DNA of 64,000 nucleotides from Ophelia neglecta. Taxonomy: Eukaryota. A program made the translations under genes and the position numbers. The stretch's first letter is position 1. Every line of letters begins with the position of its first letter. Below, one piece after another: positions 39,852-52,738 of the stretch. The stretch is taken from the NCBI GenBank assembly GCA_965285935.1, contig OZ260661.1:60822001-60886000 (forward strand). The letters run 5' to 3'. The notes under the pieces are model-generated. The model saw only the letters and a list, made by a program, of their open reading frames with translations. It searched no databases and had not been told where the DNA came from.

Positions 39852-42800
39852 TTGCGTGTTCGCATTGCGATTGACTTTAAATACCAACAGCGGTCAGTAC
39901 CTCTAGTTAAGGTCATTTTTCAAGGTTGCCAATGAGATATCGGATTGAAGGACATACAGGTTTCGGACAGGTTTCACTTTGTTTTAATATATTTTTCCCT
40001 GTTTTGCATATCAATATATTGTGATGTCATGTAGGTGAATTGATGTGCATAAGGAGAAATGAAAAACAAAACACTTCGTGGATTATAAACGTCATAAACT
40101 TCCGTAGTTTACTGTACAGTGGACGAGGGTGACGTCACGATGACGTCATAAATCCCCGAAGAAATCCAGACACTTTTGATCATTTGGCGCAGACGTGAAA
40201 AACCACTTTTAGACATTTTTCCGTGCTAAAAATACCTACTGGTCATTAGCATACAACTTTGATATCATAGCATCTATGTCACAGTGCTTAGTTAGAAATC
40301 GTGTCTAGTTGGATGTTAGCCCATTCACGTGTAGGTTCTAGTATAGTATGTCTGTTATTTGAGTGCTCTATTCCACTAATACTAGGGCTATTTGCGCCTG
40401 CTTCATACTGATAGAACATATTTTGTTGCATATGCACGCACGTGGCCAGTCAAAATCAAACTGGTAACCTTTACATACTAAACATTTGATTGCGCTTTAT
40501 CAAGGAAATGTAGGGATAATTTACACCCTTCTTCGGTTGTGTTTTAATCTATATATATGGTCTCACAAGTATTATATTATATAAATTGTAATTGTAATAC
40601 AAATTAGTGCCTCATAAACCCACCTATAGGGCATTTTGTTATGCGTGTCGAAACTTGACCACTTTCCCATTTCAGACGCACTTAAATCTACAGTGCTTTA
40701 AATATCAGTGACACTTATAAAAGATCTATTTATTAGCAGAATGTATTAATTTATTAGCATTCTTCTTTGTGTCTTTCTTTTAATGAGTTGGTGACAATTG
40801 TAGTATGATACTTTGCTAGTTGTCTCACTTGCATTATAAAAAAAACTGTTGACTAATTGTTTTTAAAAGCGATATCCATTTTAATGTGAATCACTACTTA
40901 AGTTATACCACTATTATAATCAGGGAACTGGGGATTGATGTTTGTTAGCCTGCAGCATGCGCTTCCTGGTGATTTCGGACCGATCTAAGGAATTAATCTC
41001 AAGTAAGGAGTTAGCTTTGTAGTCCGGGTATCCACTCTCGTTTTTGACAGGTTTGTAAATGTCAATGACGTTGTCGTAAAACTATAATCATGATATTAAT
41101 AAATTATTCGGTATGTTAAACGAGATGACAGCAACAAAAAGTGAGTGTTGTTGTGAATAATCCGGACATGAGGCTCGGGAAGCGGAGGAAACTGCAAAAT
41201 TGGATGGTAGCAAATTAAGCAAAATAAATTACTAATTTATGACGTTTGTGGGCCTGCAGCTGACCGATCCTGATGATATGGGACAGATTTAGTGAACAGT
41301 TCTTTATCGACACGCTTTTCTGTTTGAAATTCTTCTTTTCATTAAATGGTGAAACACGCATACGAGATATCGATTACAATATGTCATTCATTCATCAACA
41401 TAAATGAAGAGTTTAAAAAAAGTGGCGTCTAGACTTCAGAATTTATAATTTAATGTCCCTGATATTTTTAAATTTATCCTTTATATTGGCATTTTATGAA
41501 TAAGAACTGAAAAAAGCGACATTACACTGTCATACTCACGCTTTCTTAAAGTGGCTTTGTTTGAATACCGTGGAAATGGGTTGCATGGGCCTTTTAAATA
41601 GACAATTTTGTACCATGCTATGTCTAGGAGTTATATAGGCCGATTTTGTATGGTAAAGTAACTGTTAATTTGTATTCACTTAGAGATGATTTTATATTCG
41701 TGTGAGTCCTACAACTGACTCACTTGTTTTGTACTTCGTACAATCATGGAACTCTCTTGACTACATAACAGTGTATTTCCAATCATAATTATTGTCTGGA
41801 TGAATTTCATTTCAAACTTATTTCCAGGTTACCCAGTTCCTCAAATGTAAAGAGGCTTGGGACGAAACTAAGCAAGATAAATATATAAAATATGATGTTT
41901 TCGAGGTTACAATGGTACAGAAGCAATCGGACAGATTGTATATTTGCTTAACGACACAGATTGACTGCCTGGTATTCACTTTTATTTGTCCATTCGCATG
42001 AATACTGAACTTGACTATCTAACTGATAACTTAGTATTTCAAAGTATAAATATGTTTTCTTTATACACATTGAATGAACATTCTTCTGTTGAATCAGCAT
42101 AGGAAAAAAGTACAAATACATGGTATTTTTCTAAATGGGTTCCTTTCCTGTTATAAAAATTTGTGTCGCACCTTATATACTTTGGTGATATATTGCCACA
42201 AGGAGAATTGTCATACCACTAAATACGTATGTTTACTTGTATGTCCATATTCCTTCCCCTTTTTCATAGATGGTGGCACTAAATATTATGGCCCCTAGTG
42301 ACGCCATTGGTCGTCTGTACTGGCGATCAGCAGATGTTAATTATTCATATATACCCAGAAACCTAGTAAGTTATACCTTATGCCCTATTTTAGCTAAATG
42401 ATCAAGTATGCATTCTGATGGCATCTGTCAAAATAGAAATTTAATGAGGTTTCGCAATAGAAACAATTTTGTAATCCAGCACCATTATTCGGACATTGTT
42501 TGAACTGAGGATATTCGGAATGTATTTCCCTAACGCTTAAACGTTTCTGATGAATGTTAATACTAATTGATGTCAAATTACTTGCTGTTCTTGGATCACT
42601 TTTTTGAGCTGGGCCTATACAATGAATTAAATTATCTACCTTTCACATTGGTGCTTATTCAGTACTATTTGCTTGAAGTCAGATCAAGATTCACACATGG
42701 AATGCACTCTTTCTTCTGTGATCATCCTCATGTTTAATAGATCTATGTTGCTTAAATTTGTTTGCTAATCCAGCAATAGTGAACGCGTATCATTTGATAA

Positions 42801-44648
42801 CGTAATATTGGGTAAAATTCAAGTGCACATTTGTACACAACTATCTATACAGTCAAATATATCATGTTAATAACATTATACTCTTTGCTTTTTTCTCATA
42901 CACATTTATTCTGTCAGAGAAATGTTTTTTGCTTAAAAACAGATGTTTACCTAAGATTATTCTGTCCTTTCGACAACGTAGTATACATTGCTGGAACATA
43001 CAAGTCCTGTATATGTAGGTGCAATTTAGCACAAAAGGCAGGATGATGTAGCCTTATAATAGGAGCTTGTACATGCAGTATCTAATCTCGTTGGCAAAAT
43101 TTCCAGTTCTGAGGTGGGCAGAAGGTTTTATCTGACAAAAGTCAGAATAAACTGTGCAACTTCGATGATAAAACAGCTTTGCTCTGTACAATAACGTAAT
43201 GATCCTGTATTTACTATGGTAGACACACGGAGAGCAGTGGGTCGTCTTGTTCGGCCCATCTAGGCCAGAAAGTAGCTCAGGATCTACACGGTAACGACCG
43301 CAACACGCAATGCCATCGAATTGCCTAGTTGTATCGCAAGTTTTTTTTAAATAATAGACAGTACCCAAAGCTCGGTCTAGCCGTTTATAGATAATCATTC
43401 CCTTTAGATCAACAAAAAACAAAATGTCCTTCCATGCGGAAATTGTGAGAAATTGGCTACAAAATTTGCAATTCGTCGATAATAAGTGATCCGTTCTAGA
43501 TAGAAATTCAGATTCAGATAAAATTAGTTTTAGATTCAAATTAAGATTCAATTCCATATTCAGACCTCAGAGATTCATATCACTATCACAGTTTCAAGTT
43601 TCACCCTCAGAATCAGTTTCAATTACCAAATCTGAATATGGAGTGTCCGGCACTCGTTATGTCCTGTTAGTGCACGAGATATATCCGATATCGGTCGCTG
43701 ATTCAGGTTCCATGACAAAATCTGCATATGGAAGAAATGTCAGCGACATATTCACATCCTCGCTGTATTTCTTGTTTTGCCTTTATTCGCAAAACATAGG
43801 TGTGAACTCAAAGTTCCCGACGAATCAATGCGATTTTGACAGTTTCGACCCCTGACTTGCATATTATTCATATATGGCAACTGTTTCAAACGTGTTCCTA
43901 TTTTCGAAAAAAATGTTAGTTTTATATCTTTGAGCATTAAAGGTAGGAGGAAACACATGGTTCTTTCTGTGAACATTAAAGGCATATACATATGCTGTTC
44001 ACACCCCAAAGGGAAGTAAGAGCCTGCCTGCAACTTACTAGTTGTGAAATGCTGGTTCAGATAACTTGCCCACATTTGCTGAACGGGTAATTTGGTGCTG
44101 GGTTCCAGATTCTTATTCCAGCCCAAGATTCCCCGAGCGTTTAGTTGATTCCCGATTCCAGAAATAGTTTCTAGGACCATAATGAAATCCCAGTCTAAGA
44201 TACAGGTGAGAAAAGTCGGACTAATAAACCGTCTCCTCTCAGATACAATTACCGGACCCAGACCCAAATCCAGGCCCAAAATCCAGGGTCCGGCAACTAA
44301 TCTTTGATCTTCATACTTCTGAAGATGATATGTTGCGCATGCAGCAGTTCAGTCACAATAAAAGCGTGACTGGTTCACTTTGTATAATTAACCTTTTCCT
44401 TCTTAGCATGCAGGCACCTTTTATATCCTTCTCTGTTTTTATATTCATTGGGATATGTTCATCTATGGTCACACTTATGAGACCCTTGAGTCCATAAAGA
44501 CTCTCCAATGGTTAAAATCATCTCTGTCCTACATCGACCACTGACTTTTTGTTTTCACCACTTGCATCGTGGAAAACTGTTGACTACTCATCAAGTGCTA
44601 TCAAGGTAAATAAGTGTTCGTAAACATTTTATTTACTGTTGGTGAGCT

Positions 44649-44711
44649 TGGAATAGATGTTTCTGGGCCTGGAATACATGTTTCTGGGCCTGGAATAGAT
44701 GTTTCTGGGAC
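44649..44711. repeat. 21-bp unit, three copies
   Basis: TGGAATA(G/C)ATGTTTCTGGG(C/A)C at 44649, 44670 and 44691. Confidence 0.9.
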
Positions 44712-46469
44712 TGCAGCGGTCGGTTGCTGGTGATTTCTTGTTTTAGCGATTTTGTTTTTCTGTCGGGTATTCATTTCCACTTTTTCTTAGAGAACGTCTT
44801 CAATGGGCACTTTCTTCACAGCTTTGTTCCTTCAGGAGTATTGGCTTCCTTCATAGTGTGATTTCTTTGATGTGTGGTACCTTCAGACCACACTATCTAG
44901 AGCCCGCTTTCCGCAGTTGAAACAGCTGAAACTATTAAACCAAGTCAACTGAATAAGGGGGCTGCCACTGAAGGCCTCCAGCGATGATGTATATATGTAT
45001 TGACATTGGTTTTGTCGATAGCATGTTACGGAATATGTCGTAAAGGTTAGGTTTATTGTTACAATCAAATCTGGCTATATATACATTGCAAATATTCAAT
45101 AGCCATTCAACATGGTATTCCATCAACCAACCTTATAAACCAAACATGTAAGTTGAGTGTTATCAATGTGTGGCCCAATAATTTGTTCCGAAGTTGTTAC
45201 CGAATTTGTTATTTTTGTACGTATATTTATGTGTCGGTGTCATTACCAATGTGGTATATGAATGATACATTGGAGTAGTAATGGCTCAGAAATGATGTTT
45301 TTCTACTTAACCGTTCGGGGTCAGGAATATTTTTTGAAAGAGCCTGCAGAGCCAAACGAAACAGATTTGCTGTTGCATTTCATAATTCAATGCCTCGTCT
45401 AGCGTCTATCAAAGTCTAGTTTATAACAGTATAAATCATGTAAACCAGGGCCAAGTTTGAGTTTATGCCTAGTCGACTACATGTCAAGAACTTTTAGTAT
45501 TCATAAACTCAGTTATGTTTTGCAAATATTTTGCAAGAGAGTTAGGATGTTTTACCGCAACGCCAAGGTAATTTAAGGTGACTTTGTTTACTCAGATTTC
45601 TACAAATGCTATTTTGAATAAGCAGGCCATTGGGTGTGGCTGTATATTTATTATATAAGACACGTTGAGGCAATGGGACAGATTGTTCAATGGAGCAATT
45701 GCTCAAGCTCCAGTCTCACACTCCCTACCTACAAATGCATGTCTCCCTACAAACCTCCATCAATAGCCATAAGGAGGCCTGCCAACTTTTCCATCGGTTT
45801 CCACATTCCCAAGAGCATCCATATTCTAGATTATCTTTCACATCTCTTACCACTGCATTCCATGCATATTTTCATTGAAACCTTCCATCAGGATGTCTCT
45901 GTGAACTTTGTCTTTAACCATACTTAGTATAGGGCCCTTTAGTATTATGCAATACGCTTCCACGAGTAAATGTTTGATGAAAATGTGAATGAAGTGAACG
46001 TTGTTCAGTTGTTGATATGGTTGAACCTTTTGTTCTAGGCTAAGTAGGGTCTCTAACATAATATTAGTATTTTTTTGGACAGTATGAAACGTGAACTTTA
46101 ATTTGTAATATGTGCATGTGTCGAAGACTGCCAAAAAGACGGCAGAACCTTCGATCTGGTGTCCAAAACACAGCAAACAAAAAATCAATCATTAATCGTT
46201 ATTACCAACATGATCCACAATAGTTCAGCCTTGCCCTCTCGAAAACTCCTATTGACATCTTGATGAATTTCAATGTAAAAATAGCTTAACTTTCATCACT
46301 GCTAACTTAAACGAACTGTAACTTTGGAATAATCATCATATTCATCAAGAATCTTATATAGCACATCACCAAATTCATTTTACCTACAACTTCTTCATCA
46401 CTCTACTCCGGTATACTGCTGCATACATTAATTGTCAAAATAATGATTCTGACAAGGAGGGTTCCCCAT

Positions 46470-48910
46470 GTCAAGAGGTATGTGGCTCAGAGAGGGATCC
46501 AGTCTGTGAGGGGACACCTTTCATCAGAAAGGGCTGTCAGGCTGAGGCCCATGACTTCTTTGTGCGAGGGGACACCTTTCATAAGAGAGGGCTGTCAGGC
46601 TGAGGCCCATGACTTCTGTGTGCGAGGGGACACCTTTCAGCAGAGAGCGATTTGGGGTGATAGATGGGTAGCCACCAGACTACCGACTGCGAAAGGACAA
46701 TTATCACTAGAGATGGGCCTGGGGCTGAGCCCCCAGGCTTCCCCACTGCGAGAGGACACCGGAAAGAGGTATGAGGAAGAGCCCCAGACTATACCGTCAG
46801 CGAGGGGACACTCATATCACAATAGAGGGGTCTGCATATGAGCACTCAAACTACTGTCCGGGAGGGGAAACTTACCACCAGAGAAGGGTATGTGCTTGAG
46901 TCTTTAGACTGCCATCTGCGAGGGGACACCTTATCACCAGAGAGGGGCGTGTGGCTGAACATTCAGACTACCGTCTACTAGAGGACAATAGTCACCATAG
47001 AGGGGTCTAAGGCTGAGGCCCCAGACTAACGTCTGCGAGGGGACTCCTAACACCAAAGAGGGGTCTAAGGCTGAGGCCCCAGACTAACGTCTGGGAGGGG
47101 ACTCCTAACACCAAAGAGGGGTCTAAGGCTGAGGCCCCAGACTAACGTCTGCGAGGGGACTCCTAACACCAGAGAGGGGTCAAAGGCTGAGGCCCCAGAC
47201 TAACGTCTGCGAGGGGACTCCTAACACCAAAGAGGGGTCTAAGGCTGAGGCCCCAGACTAACGTCTGCGAGGGGACTTCTAACACCAAAGAGGGGTCTAT
47301 GGCTGAGTGCCCAGACTAACGTCTGCGAGGGGACTCCTAACACCAGAGAGGGGTCTAAGGCTGAGGCCCCAGACTAACGTCTGCGAGGGGACTCCTAACA
47401 CCAGAGAGAGGTCTAAGGCTGAGGCCCCAGACTAACGTCTGCGAGGGGACTCCTAACACCAGAGAGAGGTCTAAGGCTGAGGCCCCAGACTAACGTCTGC
47501 GAGGGGACTCCTATCACCAGAGAGGAGGCTAAGGCTGAGGCCCCAGACTAACGTCTGCGAGGGGACTCCTAACACCAGAGAGGGGTCAAAGGCTGAGGCC
47601 CCAGACTAACGTCTTCGAGGGGACTCCTAACACCAAAGAGGGGTCTAGAAGGAGTGCCCAGACTAACGTCTGCGAGGGGACTCCTATCACCAGAGAGGGG
47701 TCTAAGGCTGAGGCCCCAGACTAACGTCTGCGAGGGGACTCCTAACACCAGAGAGGGGTCTAAGGCTGAGGCCCCAGACTAACGTCTGCGAGGGGACTCC
47801 TAACACCAGAGAGAGGTCTAAGGCTGAGGCCCCAGACTAACGTCTGCGAGGGGACTCCTAACACCAAAGAGGGGTCTAAGGCTGAGGCCCCAGACTAACG
47901 TCTGCGAGGGGACTCCTAACACCAAAGAGGGATCTATGGCTGAGGCCCCAGACCAACGTCTGCGAGGGGACTCCTAACACCAAAGAGGGGTCTATGGCTG
48001 AGTGCCCAGACTAACGTCTGCGAGGGGACTCCTAACACCAGAGAGGGCTCTAAGGCTGAGGCCCCAGACTAACGTCTGCGAGGGGACTCCTAACACCAGA
48101 GAGAGGTCTAAGGCTGAGGCCCCAGACTAACGTCTGCGAGGGGACTCCTAACACCAGAGAGAGGTCTAAGGCTGAGGCCCCAGACTAACGTCTGCGAGGG
48201 GACTCCTAACACCAAAGAGGGGTCTAAGGCTGAGGCCCCAGACTAACGTCTGCGAGGGGACTCCTAACACCAGAGAGGGGTCTAAGGCTGAGGCCCCAGA
48301 CTAACGTCTGCGAGGGGACTCCTATCACCAGAGAGGGCTGTTGTCTATATGTTGCGATGGGACACTTATCAGCTGAAAGGGGTTTCTGGTTTAGCCACCA
48401 GGGTACTGCTTGACAGGTATCCCTACCGTCTGCTGGGGGGCATCTATCACCAGGGGGAGTAGCTGAGGCCCGAGATTACCGGCTGCGGGTTGACATATTT
48501 CACCAGAGTGGGGTCTAGGGTTGAGCCCCCAGACTACCGTCTTCGAGGGTACACCTATAACAAGAGGGGTAGGGGGGGGGGGGTCTGCAAGGGCCTGATA
48601 CCCCATTACTGGATACCTATTACTAGGGAGGGGCCTGTTAAGGAGCCCTTACACTACCGTCTGCGAACGGACATTTACCACTACAGAGGGGCCTGGGGTT
48701 GAAATCCTGGAATATTATCTGCGAGGGGACACCCATAACCAGAGAGGGGCCTAAGGCTGAGGCACAATACTACAGTCTGCGAGAGGACATCTACCAATGG
48801 AGAGGGGCCAGGGAATGAGCCTCGAGACTACCGACTGCGAGGGACACCTAGAGATGGGCCTGGGTTGAAGCCCTGGACTATATCGTGTGCGATGGGACAA
48901 CTATCACGCC
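46470..48910. repeat. 58-bp GC-rich tandem array: about 23 near-identical core copies (~47000-48337) plus degenerate flanking copies
   Basis: Unit GGCTGAGGCCCCAGACTAACGTCTGCGAGGGGACTCCTAACACCA(A/G)AGAGGGGTCTAA. Period 58 checked (47011 to 47069). Confidence 0.96.
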
Positions 48911-51900
48911 TTCACTACCTAATATAGTGGACCACAACAGCTTTTTCAAACTCATAGATCTGTCAATGATATGGATCCTGAAAAAAATTACTGAATGTGT
49001 GGAATAAGATTAATGACTGCAGCACTTCCGCTATACTTTTATTTCTTTTTCTGTAATTTGCTTTTCACGCTGTATTTGTGGGTGAAAAACTTACAATCCA
49101 ATACCACTTAATTGTCGTCTGCGGCTGAATTGTGACAAGAGAACACGAATATGCCATTATGTCATAATTAAATTAAATTAGCATACCTCAGAAAGGTGGT
49201 GGTGTTATAGGATTTGATGAGCCACCAGGTGAATAAGTCTCCCTCGAAGCCATCCATATGTCAGACAGCTGGTGACATTCGATCGTTACAATGTTGACGA
49301 GGCTATGAAATAAAAAAGGGGAAAAACATTAAAATTGCTCCGCCTATATAACGTGAACATTTGACACGTGACCTCTTCTGTAAGCATGTTGGACTATAGC
49401 GACGACACCGCGTTTGGATCCCTTTAACAGTTTGTCATTTTGAACATGGTAGATAATTTATGGAATCTGAACCATTTAGGTAATATCATAAATATAAAAT
49501 CTAAGCAAAACGTTTTTTCACTCAAAAGTTACTATTACTGCAATGGTTTATGAATTGGAATGTTAAGCGCAAAGCCGTTTGTAGGTTATAAAAAAATCAT
49601 ACAAAGGTGGCGGTGTTTGAAACCATTTAATCACAATGAATTAATCATACTGCCTGAGTCATGAGATTGTCACCTATTACAAACAAACCTCGATTGTCTA
49701 TTGTGAAAGGTGTTGAATGACAAGCAGAGCATTCATCACCTATACACGATGGGACTTTTGTAATAGTCGGGCCATTCTTTTTTTAATGGACAGCGTTACG
49801 CTATATGTGACAGACTACAGAAATGTTAATATACTGCTAGGCATCCGAAGACTACAACGTCAAGGTTTGGTAATAATTATACCAGACCAAAGCTATCCTC
49901 CGTCGTACAATTACAAGGAATGAGTTAATCATATATGAGTGATTCATTAACTCAACAACACGTCTATGACATTGTCCTTGTCTGGGTGGCTGCTGGTGAC
50001 GGCCGTGTATTTTATGTAAGGGTCACCGTATTGAAACCAATTACACCCAACATGCTGCTATAACAAAAATAACCAAAGCATCTCACTAAACTTCAGATAC
50101 ATCATAGTGGATACAAGATAAAAAAAGGAAGCGAAGTCCATAAAGGCGATACCATCTTCTTCTCAATTAGAAATAATGAGGTTGTACTTTTTAGCGGTGG
50201 GTAATTAATCTTGGCAAAGACTTTAATTTATGTTTTAAGTCGACATTGCTATTATTTAAGAAGTTAATTTCTTTGGAAAGTTCAGTGTTTGATTAATTAA
50301 TCACAAGAACGATTTTATAAGATAATGACATATACGTATATCGCAAATAATATGTGATTAAGGTATTGGTGTGGTATGCCACATGTAATGATGTTTTGGT
50401 CTCCCTTGAAATTACCGCAAACTATACTTCATACGGATTACAATTCAAAGCGGATCGGTGATGATGATATCTAATATGTATTTAATATTTACAACAATGG
50501 GTGTAGAGGGAATTATTGCGAAGCAGACGACAGTGTCGACTGATTACAGCATGACATCGCTATCAGACAGTTATGGATGTGGTGCTTGGAGCTTGAGAGT
50601 AACCTCACTAACCAAATTGTTGGAACTGTCTCCCATTTCAGGTCTCAACCAGAATCTTTGTCTTCGTTGCTCAACCGGGACTTTTACAAACTTTCCCACT
50701 TGCACCATCATGACTTTTCATCCCATTCAAAGCTACAATAGCACAACAGCACAACATAACAACAGAAAGTAGCAACATGCAACAGGTAAATCCTGTAACA
50801 TGTAGCTTAGAAATCAATGTCAACTTGCAAGCCCAAGTAATAGGAAACTTATACGATTTTGCGTTTTTTCTCTATATATTATATATAAATATATTAGTAT
50901 AAATATCTGTCTATATCTTGACAGCTGGAAAGTTAAATACTGTCCCTGTGGAGTGCAAACAATGCAGGAAGCAAACAATCGCGTCTGTGCTTGTCTCCAA
51001 TGCATGGGGACGGTCAGCGGGAGTGGTCAGTGGTATAAACACCTCAGCGGAGTTGAATTTTAGGCGTGTAGTTAAAAATAACCAGGGGGCGGGACGGTCG
51101 ACCATATACTGCTAATTATGGACTGGACTCCATGCACGATTCGACCATGGTAATCTGTTATCTATATTGTTTTTTTTCTCCATATAGTTTTTTCCAGGAC
51201 CAAATCGATTTTTACCTTAAAGCCTTAATAATAATAAAAGCAGCTGTTAAACTATTATCAGTTAACTTTAACTTATTGGATGTAACTTTATTTTTAGGAA
51301 TATAGTTGTATTTGATAATTACGCAATTCTCTAAAGAGGTGCAATGAAGTTTAATAATATTATTGTTCACCTAACATGTTTATTGATGGAACGTATTATG
51401 AAACAAGCCAATAAAGACAGAACAAGTTTTGATTCTCAGTTCACATACGTTTGTATTTCGCTGCTCCAGCACATATATGTGAAACAAGGCTATGACTATA
51501 CATTTACATAAACCAATCACACCGTTACAATTTGTTGTCGACACACATTCACGTTTCTACGATGAAATGACCCTGAATTCTTAGGAAGAACATTATTATA
51601 AATAAATCACTGAGGTAGTATACCCTTTGCTAGCCCTAACCGCCATGTTGTAGCTATTGTGCAACAAACACACGCCACCGTCTCATTTCAATGTATTTAA
51701 TAATTCGTCTTCAGTTTGTATGGGATGCCTTCAGAATATTGTCCTAAATTTGCGAAATTTTCATGTGCTAATCTAATAACATATATATGTTTTGCCTTCA
51801 GAAAAAAATCAATGATGTTTAACATTAAAAATTTCTTAGTTTCTAATTGAACAGGACTTGAGGGAAACTACCTAGGTTTCGTCTTGCATAATGAACGCAT

Positions 51901-52738
51901 ATGTCTAATGCACAATTCATACTATCTTTACCCAGACACACCAATGGTTCCTATTCACATATTTCTTCTTTCTCTAACGACCAAATGGTGTTTTCAGTAT
52001 GTGTGGAAAATTGATGCCAACAGGACCTTTCTTCATTTTATTATATTAAACCAAATATATATAATGGAATCAGGGACAGCAAATATCAAATCAGGAGTAG
52101 TTGCTAATGAAGGAAATGCCTGGTTTGGTATTGTACTTAATACTTTCAGTTACATGCCGATTAATCGGTTGCTAGTCCACGATCATCCATGTTAAGGTTC
52201 ATTTTCAGTAAAACCATTCACAATAAAGGCAAGCCTAGCATTTGTCAAACAGAGGTATAACAACCTCTGACGCAACAATCTAAAAAACCACCCCAAGGTC
52301 GAATTACCTAAAACAATAATCTAAAACTAATTTAAATAAAGTGACACGAAATATTTTACACATTCTCAAAGATATCAAACATTGAATACATTCGGTTACT
52401 TGTTACATAAAGTCTCTTCTCCTTCTTTGATTTAACTCTTAGAGAAAAAGATTACAGAAATATGGTTCTGTAGTTTGTAGAATATCGCACACAGACATAT
52501 TCCATGAGAATACACGGACACTCACATAGAACTTTACATCTTAAAGCTGATAAAAGCAAAATAATTCCGCAGATTCTTATGAGCTGCGATATAGAATATC
52601 AAAACCTTGAAACAGCCATGTCTATATATTATAGATGCATGTTTACATATAAGGGATTTCAACTAATACTTCAATGCGATTAAGAGCAAAAGACTATTGG
52701 AACTCGATAACCGGTTAATTAATTGCTGGAGTCGATGC

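Larger units (their letters stand above)
37700..46400. mobile_element. Fossil multi-ORF block (decayed large DNA element or endogenous virus, possibly Maverick/Polinton-like)
   Basis: Dense stop-interrupted, protein-like frames on both strands; four to five diverged paralogous units; tandem TGACGTCA palindromes; a TATAAAAG followed by TTAGT and ATG (about 39148-39192). No hallmark gene (pPolB, integrase, capsid) or TIR was recognised. Confidence 0.4.

Noticed and set aside
44395-44480. C2H2-like reading HKCDH...YKNREGYKRCLH
   Set aside because: Comparison of three paralogous units favours a different frame (GLxxLISV...KGACxL).
35800-49420. Possible LTR/TIR pair bounding the foreign block (35.8-36.3 kb vs 48.9-49.4 kb)
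   Set aside because: Only scattered short word matches, with no continuous alignment.
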